Assembly: GCA_041844335.1 (NCBI GenBank)
Contig: JBGZAX010000010.1
Location: 1 to 38,765, forward strand
Direction: 5' to 3'
Source of the DNA: Lachnospiraceae bacterium
Lineage (GTDB): Bacteria; Bacillota; Clostridia; Lachnospirales; Lachnospiraceae
Length of the DNA stretch: 38,765 bases
A program made the position numbers and the translations under genes. Below, piece by piece: positions 20,104 to 29,800 of the stretch; within the stretch, counting starts at the first letter, position 1; every line of letters begins with the position of its first letter. The notes below the pieces were generated by a model. It was not told the origin of the DNA. It saw nothing but the letters and a program-made list of their open reading frames with translations, and made no database searches.

Positions 20104-20952
20104 CTATTTTTTAAAACAGATAAAGCCCGTAGTTCCGGGACCCCCATGTGTACCTATACCGCAGCCTATCATAAACAGATGCACAGCCTTAGGATGAAAA
20201 GCGGTCATAATAGCATCCGAAAGCCTGTCTCTTTCCTTTATGTCGTCGGTATAACCTATGTAGATCTCCTGATCTGAAAGATCTGATATACCGTTCGCCT
20301 TAGCTACCTCTATAAGCTTACTCACAACATTGCTTTTCCCTCTTGCATTTGCCACATTTTCTACCAATCCCTCCTTTATTACACAAATAGGCTTGATACC
20401 TAAAACTGTACCGAGCACGGCCTTTATAGCCGATATTCTACCTCCCCGTCTTAAATGTTCAAGGTCATCACAAAAAAATGTTACGTAGATCTTTGACTTA
20501 AGCGCTTCTATTTTTGCTACTATTTCATCAATAGACAGCCCCTCATCACGTAATTTCCCAGCCTCTATTAATAATACGGCAATACCGAAGCATAGAGTAT
20601 TGGAATCAACTATTCTTATTCTGCTGCTGTCACAATCAAGGCTTGCCATTACCGCACTTTGATACGTACCCGTAGCGGATGCAGCAGCAGAAATATATAA
20701 AATCTGATAGCCCTCTTTTAAGTATTTGTCAAAGACATTATAAAAATCCGTATAGGTAATTTGCGAGGTTTTCGGAACTACACGCTCGGATCTTATTCTC
20801 CTATAAAACTCCTCAGTCTTAATATCAATCCTATCTCTATATTGTTCATCACCTATAAATATAGTAAGCGGCATAAACTCTATGTCGTACTTTTCTATAT
20901 ATTCTTCCTTGATGTCGGATAAACTGTCGCAAATAATCTTTATTTTTTCCAT
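20104..20952 (-). CDS. DegV family fatty-acid-binding protein
   Basis: IKIICDS N-terminus, SATGTYQSA, LEHLRRGGRIS and GIGTHGGPGT motifs. 282 aa. Confidence 0.9.
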   Translation of the reverse strand: MEKIKIICDSLSDIKEEYIEKYDIEFMPLTIFIGDEQYRDRIDIKTEEFYRRIRSERVVPKTSQITYTDFYNVFDKYLKEGYQILYISAAASATGTYQSAVMASLDCDSSRIRIVDSNTLCFGIAVLLIEAGKLRDEGLSIDEIVAKIEALKSKIYVTFFCDDLEHLRRGGRISAIKAVLGTVLGIKPICVIKEGLVENVANARGKSNVVSKLIEVAKANGISDLSDQEIYIGYTDDIKERDRLSDAIMTAFHPKAVHLFMIGCGIGTHGGPGTTGFICFKK

Positions 20953-21224
20953 TTCTCTCCTTTCAAATTACAACTGTTTTATTTTCTGAAAATCAAATAC
21001 TTAAAAAGCCTTTAAAAACATTATAACTTCTATTTTAAGAATATAATGATATCATCCGTTGATAATAATATCACAAATAAAGAATAAAATCTATTGCAAT
21101 TTTTGTATAAATTAAAGCCAGAAGTCCTCAATGTATTTAACGACCATCATCAAAATCACATAATTAAGGCATTTTCTCATCTGTTTCATTGATTTACCGA
21201 ATTGAACAAAAAACTGAAAAAACT

Positions 21225-21253
21225 ATTGACATTTAATTAAAAGATTTGTAGAA
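21225..21253 (+). promoter_or_regulatory. Putative sigma-70 promoter of the PepSY gene
   Basis: TTGACA, 17-nt spacer, TAGAAT, ~100 nt upstream of the ATG at 21356. Confidence 0.55.
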
Positions 21254-21355
21254 TTCAATTACAATAAATATGGAAAAAAGTTGCATTTAAATGTGAGATC
21301 ATAAATATTAAATGTCAACCTCATTCCATAATCAATTTAAAGGAGAGTTTAATTT

Positions 21356-22186
21356 ATGAAAACTGATAGTAAAACATCAAGGTACATTATCACAGGACTT
21401 GCTCTATCGCTTATATTCAGCTTATCTGCGGCTTCAGCACCTGTATATGCCGCTCGCAAAGAGATTAATCTAAAGAAAGCAAAATCTGTTGCTCTTAAAG
21501 ATGCAGGCTTAAAGGCATCTGATATCACCTTTGTAAAGACAAAGCTTGACAACGATGACGGTAAAATGGTATATGACATTGAATTTTATAGCGGTAATGT
21601 AGAATATGACTACGAAATTGATGCAATGTCGGGGAAAATACTTTCTAAGGACACCGATATTGAGAACTACACCATTTCTCAAAAAAATAATAAAACACAA
21701 AATATGGTTAAATCAGATTCCTCAATAAGTCTGAAAAAAGCTAAATCTATTGCTCTTAAAGACACGGGCTTAAAAACATCGGAGGTTACCTTTGTAAAAG
21801 CAAAGCTTGACAACGATGACGGTAAAATGGTATATGACATTGAATTTTATAGCGGTAATGTAGAATATGACTACGAAATTGATGCAATGTCGGGAGAGAT
21901 ACTTTCTAAGGACACCGATATTGAAAACTACACCATTTCTCAAAAAAATAATAAAATACAAAATATGGTTAAATCAGATTCCTCAATAAGTCTGAAAAAA
22001 GCTAAATCCATTGCTCTTAAGGATGCGGGCTTAAAAACATCGGAGGTTAGCTTTATAAAAACAAAGCTTGACAACGATGACGGTAAAAAGGTGTATGACA
22101 TTGAATTTTATCGTGGTAATGTAAAATATGAATATGAAATTGATGCAATGTCAGGAGAAGTGCTTGATAAAGATACTGATATGTAA
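21356..22186 (+). CDS. Secreted protein with three tandem PepSY domains
   Basis: Signal peptide ending PVYA-AR. The unit KKAKSIALKDAGLK.SEVTFVK.KLDNDDGKMVYDIEFYSGNVEYDYEIDAMSGEILSKDTD then occurs three times, which is the PepSY pattern. Confidence 0.85.
   Translation: MKTDSKTSRYIITGLALSLIFSLSAASAPVYAARKEINLKKAKSVALKDAGLKASDITFVKTKLDNDDGKMVYDIEFYSGNVEYDYEIDAMSGKILSKDTDIENYTISQKNNKTQNMVKSDSSISLKKAKSIALKDTGLKTSEVTFVKAKLDNDDGKMVYDIEFYSGNVEYDYEIDAMSGEILSKDTDIENYTISQKNNKIQNMVKSDSSISLKKAKSIALKDAGLKTSEVSFIKTKLDNDDGKKVYDIEFYRGNVKYEYEIDAMSGEVLDKDTDM
21464..22186 (+). repeat. In-frame tandem repeat, 261-bp period, ~2.8 copies
   Basis: Unit starts at 21464, 21725 and 21986. Copies 1 and 2 share ~95 bp runs of perfect nucleotide identity. 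Confidence 0.9.
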
Positions 22187-22218
22187 CTATACAATTATAT
22201 AATTCCATAAAAATAAAT

Positions 22219-22266
22219 AAAGAATTCTCATTTTAATTGAAATTTCAATCAAAATGAGAATTCTTT
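22219..22266. terminator. Bidirectional terminator hairpin between convergent genes
   Basis: Perfect 16-bp arms AAAGAATTCTCATTTT / AAAATGAGAATTCTTT around a 16-nt loop that is itself palindromic. Lies between the PepSY stop (22186) and the transporter stop (22280). Confidence 0.7.
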
Positions 22267-22279
22267 GTCTAATGTACTT

Positions 22280-23416
22280 CTATTCCACATCCGGATGTTC
22301 CTTTTTAAACTTGATGTTCTTTATAGGGGCAACAATAGCAAGAGGTATCACCAAAGCAAATATGGATACTCTTCCAAGCCATCTATATCCGACAGCTACG
22401 AGCTTCATAAGTCCGAACACCGATAATGATACGGATACCACCATCGATACTATTGATATAATCATTCTTCTCTTGGAAAGATCAATAGACGGTAATATAA
22501 CATTTTCAAGCCTTGTTACAAGACCGAATATAAGTCCCACACCCGTTGAGATAAATGCTAAAAACAATATGAGCGTGTAAGCCCACTCAAGAGCCGGAAT
22601 GTTTAACTGCTTTGCTATCGTCAATATGGGTAACACAAGCTGTTCACCTTCCATTCCCGAGATATATCCTATAATCATCATAGCCGATAAAGCTATCATA
22701 ACACCGTTTATAATTGTGCCTATAATAAACATTCCTGTACATTTTTTTGTAGAATTAAGATCTCCTGAGGCACTGATAACGGCTCCTACCGCCAATGTCT
22801 GTAATCCTATGTATTGGCAAGCAGACCAGACTGCTCCCATGAGATTTTTACCTTCAGGGATGCTTTTAGCCGCAAAAGCATCGGAGATACCCTTAGCACC
22901 TGATGATAACCCGGGTATCAGAAGCATTGTCAAACATATGAGTATCAGTATAGTAATAGTTGTGGATGCCTTCTTTACCACATCGGCACCGAATATTGTC
23001 AATAAAAAGAAAATTATTCCCGTTAAAACAATTCCGATATGATAATTTAAGTTAAACTGCTGTTTAAGTAACGAACCGCTGCCTGCTATTGCAATTCCTG
23101 TTCCGACTGCCACCAGAACAATGAATGCTATATCCAAAAAAAGCTTTCCAACAGTAGAAAATGGTGCATACAGTTCCTTAGCCAGCTCGTCATATCTGTA
23201 AACCTGATGATTTTTTGCCATAACAGCTGCATTATAATAACACCATCCAATAGCCAAAATCGCTAAAAATGGTAAAAAAAACGATGGAAATCCGAATCCC
23301 ACAAAAAATTGAACTGTCTGATTTCCTGTCGCAAAACCGCCGCCCACATGGGTTCCGAACCATACAGAGGCAACCGCAAACATAACCATAAATACCGATT
23401 TTTTCTTGTTTTCCAT
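22280..23416 (-). CDS. YkvI-like polytopic membrane protein, putative transporter
   Basis: About 11 predicted TM helices. N-terminal GTHVGGGFATGNQ resembles the YkvI-family G(A/G)GFA(S/T)GQE motif. It is the last gene of the dehydratase cluster. Confidence 0.6.
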   Translation of the reverse strand: MENKKKSVFMVMFAVASVWFGTHVGGGFATGNQTVQFFVGFGFPSFFLPFLAILAIGWCYYNAAVMAKNHQVYRYDELAKELYAPFSTVGKLFLDIAFIVLVAVGTGIAIAGSGSLLKQQFNLNYHIGIVLTGIIFFLLTIFGADVVKKASTTITILILICLTMLLIPGLSSGAKGISDAFAAKSIPEGKNLMGAVWSACQYIGLQTLAVGAVISASGDLNSTKKCTGMFIIGTIINGVMIALSAMMIIGYISGMEGEQLVLPILTIAKQLNIPALEWAYTLILFLAFISTGVGLIFGLVTRLENVILPSIDLSKRRMIISIVSMVVSVSLSVFGLMKLVAVGYRWLGRVSIFALVIPLAIVAPIKNIKFKKEHPDVE

Positions 23417-23452
23417 ATAAAATTTCCTCCTTTACTTTAGCTTAATTTAATA

Positions 23453-23488
23453 CAAACCTCGCCACTGTCCGAACAGTAGAGAGGTTTG
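23453..23488 (-). terminator. Strong hairpin between etfA and the transporter gene (terminator or attenuator)
   Basis: 16 of 18 positions pair: CAAACCTC.C.ACTGT (CCGA loop) ACAGT.G.GAGGTTTG. The minus-strand tail TATTAAATT is only moderately U-rich. Confidence 0.5.
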
Positions 23489-23505
23489 CAAAATTGTTTA
23501 TTCGA

Positions 23506-24537
23506 TTATTTAAATAACTGCTCCAAACGAGCTCCGTCTTTCAATAATTCTGTTAATTTTGGAATAACATCATAAACATCACCCACTATGCCATAGTCAG
23601 CCACATCAAAGATAGGAGCATATTCATTTGTATTAACAGCAATGATTATGTCAGATTCCTGCATACCTGCCAAGTGCTGGATAGCTCCGGATATACCGCA
23701 AGCAATATACACTTTAGGTTTAACTGTTGTACCTGTCTGACCTACCTGTCTTGAATGATCAATCCATCCTGAATCAACTGCCGCTCTTGAGGCACCGATT
23801 GTTCCGCCCAAAACATCAGCCAATTCCTGTAGCATCTTAAATCCGTCAGGATTTTTGATTCCGAGACCTCCTGAAACAATGATTTCAGCGTCTGTCAAAG
23901 ATACTGTATCCTTCTTTGTCTTAACGATATCTAATACCTTTGTTCTGATATCAGCCTCTGTGAGCTTAAGTGCAACATTTATTACCTCGCCCTTGTTGGA
24001 AACATTCTCAATAGCTTTATCCATAACACCCGGTCTAACTGTTGCCATCTGCGGGCGAACCTCAGGGCAAATGATGGTAGCCATCAAGTTACCGCCGAAA
24101 GCAGGACGTGTCATTCTTAATTTTTTATCTTCTTCATCTACATCAAGCTTTGTACAGTCAGCTGTAAGACCTGTATCTAATGATGAGGCTACTCTTGGAG
24201 CTAAATCACGACCCACGTGTGTAGCACCTACCAATACCACTTCAGGCTTGTATTCTTCGATAGCATCGATTAAAACCTTTGCGTATGCATCTGTTGTGTA
24301 GTTCTTTAATAATGGGCTGTTAGCATAGTAAACCTTGCTGGCACCATACTTAATCAGTGTCTGAGCAATATCATCTACGTTCTCACCTGATAGGAAAGCA
24401 CATAATTCTACTCCTATCGCATCAGCAAGTTTTTTTCCTTCACCTAATAATTCAATAACTACCGGAGTTAATTTCCCCTGGCGCTGCTCAGCATACACCC
24501 ATACGTTTTTGAATTGTTTAATGTCTCTATTATCCAT
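23506..24537 (-). CDS. etfA: Electron transfer flavoprotein subunit alpha
   Basis: 343 aa with the C-terminal FAD-binding region [14 protein letters not shown]. Follows etfB. Confidence 0.92.
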   Translation of the reverse strand: MDNRDIKQFKNVWVYAEQRQGKLTPVVIELLGEGKKLADAIGVELCAFLSGENVDDIAQTLIKYGASKVYYANSPLLKNYTTDAYAKVLIDAIEEYKPEVVLVGATHVGRDLAPRVASSLDTGLTADCTKLDVDEEDKKLRMTRPAFGGNLMATIICPEVRPQMATVRPGVMDKAIENVSNKGEVINVALKLTEADIRTKVLDIVKTKKDTVSLTDAEIIVSGGLGIKNPDGFKMLQELADVLGGTIGASRAAVDSGWIDHSRQVGQTGTTVKPKVYIACGISGAIQHLAGMQESDIIIAVNTNEYAPIFDVADYGIVGDVYDVIPKLTELLKDGARLEQLFK

Positions 24538-24549
24538 TTAATCCTCCAA

Positions 24550-25335
24550 TCAAATTACGTGCTTTTGTTTTAATTCGACAACAAGCTGCTCGATTCTATC
24601 CTTGGTTGTTCCCTCAAGCATCTTTCCCTTGCCCTTTGGTTGAGGCGTAAATGAACGTGCAACTCTTGTTGGAGAAGCCTTTAATCCTACTTGAGTTGGC
24701 TCTACATCTAAGTCATTAATTGTAAGTGTCTTGATTTCTTTCTGCATAGCATCGAAAATCTTGTCAACAGCCATATATCTTGGCTCATTAAGCTCCTTGA
24801 TTGCAGTCAACATACAAGGTGTCTTAATTTCAATTACTTCATATCCGTCCTCAAGCTGTCTTTCCACCCTAACGGTTCCGTTATTGTATTCAAATTTCTG
24901 AACATAAGTAACCTGCGGTAATCCCAGCTTTTCAGCTATCTGTGGTCCAACCTGAGCTGTATCACCGTCAATTGCCTGACGTCCCGCAAAGATTATATCA
25001 TAGTTTCCGATCTTTTTACAAGCTGAAGCGATAGCATTTGAAGTAGCCCAAGTATCAGATCCGCCGAAAGCTCTGTCTGTAACAAGATAAGCTTCATCAG
25101 CTCCCATAGCCAGGCACTCACGCAACATTATCTCCGCCTGTGGCGGACCCATGGTTACGACTGTAACTATAGTATCAGGATTTTGATCTTTTACTTTTAA
25201 TGCCTCTTCTAAAGCGTTAGCATCATCAGGATTTAGAATGCTTGGCACTCCGTCTCTAATTAAAGTACTGGTTACAGGGTCGATACGAACCTCTGTAGTA
25301 TCAGGTACTTGCTTTGCACATACTAAAATTCTCAA
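24550..25335 (-). CDS. etfB: Electron transfer flavoprotein subunit beta
   Basis: MRILVCAKQVPDT N-terminus and AGRQAIDGDTAQVGP. 261 aa. Confidence 0.92.
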   Translation of the reverse strand: MRILVCAKQVPDTTEVRIDPVTSTLIRDGVPSILNPDDANALEEALKVKDQNPDTIVTVVTMGPPQAEIMLRECLAMGADEAYLVTDRAFGGSDTWATSNAIASACKKIGNYDIIFAGRQAIDGDTAQVGPQIAEKLGLPQVTYVQKFEYNNGTVRVERQLEDGYEVIEIKTPCMLTAIKELNEPRYMAVDKIFDAMQKEIKTLTINDLDVEPTQVGLKASPTRVARSFTPQPKGKGKMLEGTTKDRIEQLVVELKQKHVI

Positions 25336-25376
25336 AATAAGTCCTCCAATTTTATAAATTAAATTAATTTAGCTAT

Positions 25377-26516
25377 TTATTTCTTCTTGATAACATTGGC
25401 TGCAATAACCATCTGCTGTACTTGTGAAGTACCTTCATAAATGGACATAATTCTTGCATCTCTGTAAATTCTCTCAATCGGATAATCTTTAATGAAACCA
25501 TATCCGCCGTGCAGCTGCAATGATTTATAAGCAACCTCGTTAGCTACCTCGGCTGCATAATACTTAGCCATAGCAGATTGCAGACCCGGTGTTACACCTG
25601 AATCTTTGGTAACTGCCGCATCATATACCAAGAGCCTTGCCGCCTGTACCTTTGTAGCCATATCAGCTATTGTGAACTGTGTATTTTGGAACTTGGATAG
25701 AGGTCTTCCGAACTGTACTCTCTCCTGAGTATATTTTATTGCCTCGTCTAATGCGCTCTGAGCCACACCCAGTGCCTGAGCTGCCACACCTATACGACCA
25801 TAGTCCAAGGTATTAAGCATTATCTTAAAGCCCTGTCCTTCTTTTCCTAAGAGGTTTTCTTTCGGAACCTTAACATTTTCAAGAACGATATCGGATGTCT
25901 GTGTTCCTCTGATACCCATCTTGTTCTCATGTGCTCCGTGAGAAAAGCCTTCCCACTTAGACTCAACTATGAATGTAGATATACCCTTTGTTCCCTTTGA
26001 CTTGTCGGTCATAGCGGAAATTATAGCAAAGTCGGCAAACGGGGCGTTTGTAATGAAGCACTTTCTACCTGTTAATTCATAGTAATCTCCCTTATCAACA
26101 GCTATTGTCTGTCCTGCGCCGGCATCGGATCCCGCGTTAGGCTCCGTTAAAGCGAAACATCCCTTAAGCTGTCCTGTAGCCAGACCCTTTAGATATTTTT
26201 CCTTCTGCGCCTGTGTACCAAAGTTTAACAGAGGTAATCCTACCAATGAAGAAATTGAAGTAACGTATGTACCTGTAGATGCGCATCTTCTTGAAATTTC
26301 CTCCATTATGATTACATAAGAAACATAGTCGGCACCGGCTCCACCAAATTCCTTCGGAATGGTTGGAGATACAAACTTGTATTTTACAAGCTTGTCAACG
26401 ACTTCCTGCGGGATTTCATTTGTTTCATCCACCTGTTCAGGATAATCAGCCATTTCTCTTTCTACAAAATCTTTTACTGTTTTTCTTAATAATTCGTGTT
26501 CTTTTTTAAAAATCAT
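25377..26516 (-). CDS. Acyl-CoA dehydrogenase (AcdB/butyryl-CoA dehydrogenase-like)
   Basis: ALTEPNAGSD, the QLHGGYGF motif, and IYEGTSQVQ with the catalytic Glu. Start set at the ATG at 26516 (MIFKKEHE), after a GGAGGAG RBS. Confidence 0.92.
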   Translation of the reverse strand: MIFKKEHELLRKTVKDFVEREMADYPEQVDETNEIPQEVVDKLVKYKFVSPTIPKEFGGAGADYVSYVIIMEEISRRCASTGTYVTSISSLVGLPLLNFGTQAQKEKYLKGLATGQLKGCFALTEPNAGSDAGAGQTIAVDKGDYYELTGRKCFITNAPFADFAIISAMTDKSKGTKGISTFIVESKWEGFSHGAHENKMGIRGTQTSDIVLENVKVPKENLLGKEGQGFKIMLNTLDYGRIGVAAQALGVAQSALDEAIKYTQERVQFGRPLSKFQNTQFTIADMATKVQAARLLVYDAAVTKDSGVTPGLQSAMAKYYAAEVANEVAYKSLQLHGGYGFIKDYPIERIYRDARIMSIYEGTSQVQQMVIAANVIKKK

Positions 26517-26549
26517 GCTCTCCTCCAACTGTTTTTAGTTGATAATTAA

Positions 26550-27677
26550 TTATAACATTTCTGCAAATGTTTGAACTCTTGTACGGATTTGTTCCGCACT
26601 ACCAGATTGCTGGTCAACTTCTAAGACTGTAACAGGTATGTTTTCTCTTTGGATATCTTCCACCAGTATCGGCTGATCATACTCTTCAACCTCGCAAAAC
26701 TTAAGCAGAGCGAATATTACACCGTCAGCATTAACATTCTTGGCTAATTTTGCAACCAGACTGCCTCTTAATCTCTTCGGATCATAAGCGTAAGAACATC
26801 CCTCAATATTTGACCACTGACGAGCCAAGCTTTCAAGAGCGGAACCTGCTGCCGGAACGTCCGTTCTGAACTGTCTTGTTTCATGAGCCAAGTCATCTCC
26901 TACTATTCTCAGTTTATTCTCTTCCAATACATCCAATAATTCCTTAGAATCATAGATAAAGCCTGTAATAACTACTCTCTTACCTGCAAACTTCTCCTGA
27001 GGCATCTTCTTAAGCTCTGCGTTTATAGCCTTAACCTTTTCCGCATGCTCTTCTTTAAGCATAAACCAACCGGATTTGATTACCCTGCTTCTCATATAGT
27101 TGTCAATTGTATTCGGATGAGATGCAGCCAGCTCAACGAACTCTCTCATTATATATCTGTGCTCGTTATATATTCTTATACTGTTCTGCATAGCCTCTTC
27201 CGTGATTGTCTTACCGGAGATTTCTTCAAGTCTTGCCTTTACTCTTCCAAGCTCCGCCATTAAGAACTTAACGCCTGCCTCAAGCTTTCTGTTCTGTGGA
27301 TAAACCAGCGGAATATACGGTATCTGTGGCACACCGGATTTCCAGTTCTGTCCGAATGTGATTAAAGTATCGTCCATACCCGGAATGATTGCACCGGACA
27401 GCATATCAAATGTGCCTCTAAGTGCCAGCTCCATAGCTGTAAATACTACTGAGCAACAGAATGCCGGAAAATACTGCTTTGACAGATCAAGATTTATGTT
27501 GTCCGCTCCCCAAACACCAACCGGAAGCATTCCTGCTGCGTGTACCAATTCCTCCGGTGTATAAACCGGTATACAACCTATAGCCTTGCCACCTGTTTTC
27601 TTTAAATATCCGTTAACGGCAGCCTTCGGATCGTCTGCAATAGCGATTAACTCTTTTATCATATCTTGAACTGTCAT
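26550..27677 (-). CDS. 2-hydroxyacyl-CoA dehydratase, subunit C/beta (HadC/FldC-like)
   Basis: 375 aa from the internal ATG at 27677 (MTVQDMIKEL), 1 nt after the upstream gene's TAA and served by a GGAGG inside that gene. Belongs to the HgdB/HadC-type family. Confidence 0.85.
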   Translation of the reverse strand: MTVQDMIKELIAIADDPKAAVNGYLKKTGGKAIGCIPVYTPEELVHAAGMLPVGVWGADNINLDLSKQYFPAFCCSVVFTAMELALRGTFDMLSGAIIPGMDDTLITFGQNWKSGVPQIPYIPLVYPQNRKLEAGVKFLMAELGRVKARLEEISGKTITEEAMQNSIRIYNEHRYIMREFVELAASHPNTIDNYMRSRVIKSGWFMLKEEHAEKVKAINAELKKMPQEKFAGKRVVITGFIYDSKELLDVLEENKLRIVGDDLAHETRQFRTDVPAAGSALESLARQWSNIEGCSYAYDPKRLRGSLVAKLAKNVNADGVIFALLKFCEVEEYDQPILVEDIQRENIPVTVLEVDQQSGSAEQIRTRVQTFAEML

Positions 27678-27678
27678 C

Positions 27679-28905
27679 TTATTTACCTCCTTTAGCAGCT
27701 TTTCTCTGTTCCATAACTTCAACCAGACCCTGCAGTCTCGTTTCAAACTGAGCCTGCGAGAAACCTCTCGGATCAGCCTGGTCACCATCAAAGGAAGCAT
27801 ATGGTAGTCCTGTTTCTTTTTCAATCTCTCTAGCCATCTGATACTGTACAAAGCTCATCAGCTTACAGCTTCTGTTCATATGGTAGAATACACCCTCACA
27901 GTTTCCGTCTTTTAATGCGTTTACTCTGTATTTAGCCATAACGTGAGTATTAACATTGTTAAACATTGAGCTGTATGCCTTGGCAAGTCCCGCTAAATCG
28001 CCCTTATCATAGATTAGAGCCCAAGCATGCGGATAAACCGAGCCTGTCATATTTACACCATACTTGCCGAAAGTCTTCATCTTATATCCGATTGACGGCC
28101 AGCACGGGATACCCTCCATCATAATTCTGTACTTCTCTTCCATTCTGTTAGATGTAGTACCGTTCTTTATGTGTTCCTTTAATTCAGATATCAACAGCTT
28201 AAATGCCTCTGTTGTTTCTCTTTTACCTCTGTAACAAACGATAACAGCCATATATGAGAACAGATCAAATCCGTTCATCGGAGCCGGATATACGTCCTTT
28301 GACAACATCATGGACTCTCTCCAAAGTCTTCCGTTCTCGGCGGAGATTTCCATAACCTCCTCAAGTTTGGCCTGATCGAATTTTTTTCCTGAAATTTCTT
28401 CAAGCTGTCTTATAGCCTCTTCGAACTGTCCCTTGAAATATTCAATTCTGTCATCAGTAATTTCATCAGCATCATTGAAAGCCGTATCTATCATTATTAA
28501 CGGAATATTCAAATCTCTTGCAAGTGCTTCATACCACTTGATAAGCTCATTACAGATATTGTTACAGCAGCATACGAAATCCGGCTTCGGCATATTAAGA
28601 TTGTAGCATCCGCCATTCTCCAACATACCGAAATTTGTTCTCGCATAAGCACAAAGGTCCACTGAATAGCCTCTCGCCTCCGCCTTTTGCTGTAGGTCAA
28701 CAGCTTCTCTCTTAGCTGCATTACCGGCTGCCTGATTTTCAGGATATAACACCGGCAAACCGAATGTCTCAACTATTTCCTGTGGAAAAACTGAGCTTGA
28801 CCAACCTACAGGAATGCCTTTAGCCTTTGCCTCCCATGCCTCTTTATATGATTGAGCTAATAAACCGTTAATCATACCCATTGCAGTAACTTTCTTTTCT
28901 GCCAT
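27679..28905 (-). CDS. 2-hydroxyacyl-CoA dehydratase, subunit B/alpha (HadB/FldB-like)
   Basis: 408 aa with Cys-rich cluster-binding segments (DLCAYAR, DFVCCCNNICNE). Paired with the C subunit and an activator. Confidence 0.85.
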   Translation of the reverse strand: MAEKKVTAMGMINGLLAQSYKEAWEAKAKGIPVGWSSSVFPQEIVETFGLPVLYPENQAAGNAAKREAVDLQQKAEARGYSVDLCAYARTNFGMLENGGCYNLNMPKPDFVCCCNNICNELIKWYEALARDLNIPLIMIDTAFNDADEITDDRIEYFKGQFEEAIRQLEEISGKKFDQAKLEEVMEISAENGRLWRESMMLSKDVYPAPMNGFDLFSYMAVIVCYRGKRETTEAFKLLISELKEHIKNGTTSNRMEEKYRIMMEGIPCWPSIGYKMKTFGKYGVNMTGSVYPHAWALIYDKGDLAGLAKAYSSMFNNVNTHVMAKYRVNALKDGNCEGVFYHMNRSCKLMSFVQYQMAREIEKETGLPYASFDGDQADPRGFSQAQFETRLQGLVEVMEQRKAAKGGK

Positions 28906-28934
28906 TATTTTACTCCTTTCTAAACTTTTACCTT

Positions 28935-29723
28935 CTATGCTGAAGCTTTCTTTCGAGCCTCATCATAAGCGAACAGTGCAGCTCCTATAGCACCTGTAAG
29001 CTGCGGATATTCAGGAACCGTGATCTGAACCCTTAAAGCTTCCTCCATGGCTCTTACAACACCGCTGTTTCTGGCAACTCCACCCACCATTACAACCTTA
29101 TCCTGTACTCCCACTCTCTTTGCAAGACCTGAAACTCTGCCGGCAACCGATTCGTGAATACCCGCTACAATGTTTTCAACTCCCGCATCATTTGATAAAT
29201 GAGATATTACCTCGGATTCGGCAAACACGGTACAGGTGCTGCTTATACTGACCGCCTCCGTCGCTTTAGATGATAATTCTCCTAGCTTTGAAACTTCGGT
29301 TTCCAACACACCGGACATTACATCCAAAAACCTTCCGGTACCTGCCGCACACTTATCATTCATAACGAAATTAACCAAAAATCCGTTTTCATCAAGCTTA
29401 AGCGCCTTTGCATCCTGCCCTCCGATATCTATAACCGTCCTTGCCTCAGGCACCAGAAAATGTACTCCCTTAGCATGGCAGGAAAGCTCACTCACCTGCT
29501 TATCAGCTCTGTCATACTTCATTCTTCCGTAGCCTGTGACTACCACAGCCGACATATCTTCGAATTTCAAACCGCTTGTTTTATCTAATTCCTCTTGAAC
29601 TCTCTGAGGTCCACTGGTACCGGTTCCCGATGAAATAACAGCAGTAGCTACTATTTTTTTACCATCTTCAATAATAACCCCTTTAGATGCTGTAGAACCA
29701 AAATCCAAACCTAATGTATACAC
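28935..29723 (-). CDS. 2-hydroxyacyl-CoA dehydratase activator ATPase (HadI/FldI/HgdC-like, BcrAD_BadFG family)
   Basis: YTLGLDFGSTASKGV phosphate-1 motif, IDIGGQD, NDKCAAGTGRFL with the cluster-bridging Cys, and VMVGGVARN. GTG start. Confidence 0.88.
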   Translation of the reverse strand: MYTLGLDFGSTASKGVIIEDGKKIVATAVISSGTGTSGPQRVQEELDKTSGLKFEDMSAVVVTGYGRMKYDRADKQVSELSCHAKGVHFLVPEARTVIDIGGQDAKALKLDENGFLVNFVMNDKCAAGTGRFLDVMSGVLETEVSKLGELSSKATEAVSISSTCTVFAESEVISHLSNDAGVENIVAGIHESVAGRVSGLAKRVGVQDKVVMVGGVARNSGVVRAMEEALRVQITVPEYPQLTGAIGAALFAYDEARKKASA

Positions 29724-29800
29724 GCAAATTTACCTCTCTACTTTTTATAAAATATGCTGTTTATTATTCAACTTTAACATATTTATTTATTATTTTTTAT

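Noticed and set aside
21464-22186. Regularly spaced 261-bp repeats, considered as a CRISPR-like or satellite array
   Set aside because: The repeats are in frame, contiguous without unique spacers, and encode PepSY domains within one ORF that has a signal peptide.
22254-23042. Plus-strand ORFs of 108 and 147 aa antisense to the YkvI-like transporter
   Set aside because: These are antisense frames of a hydrophobic membrane-protein gene. They have no RBS or motifs, and the minus-strand ORF is continuous and family-like.
27678-27851. N-terminal 58-aa extension of the dehydratase C-subunit ORF, overlapping the end of the B subunit
   Set aside because: The extension has no family similarity. The internal ATG at 27677 has a GGAGG RBS, sits 1 nt after the upstream stop and gives the expected 375-aa length.
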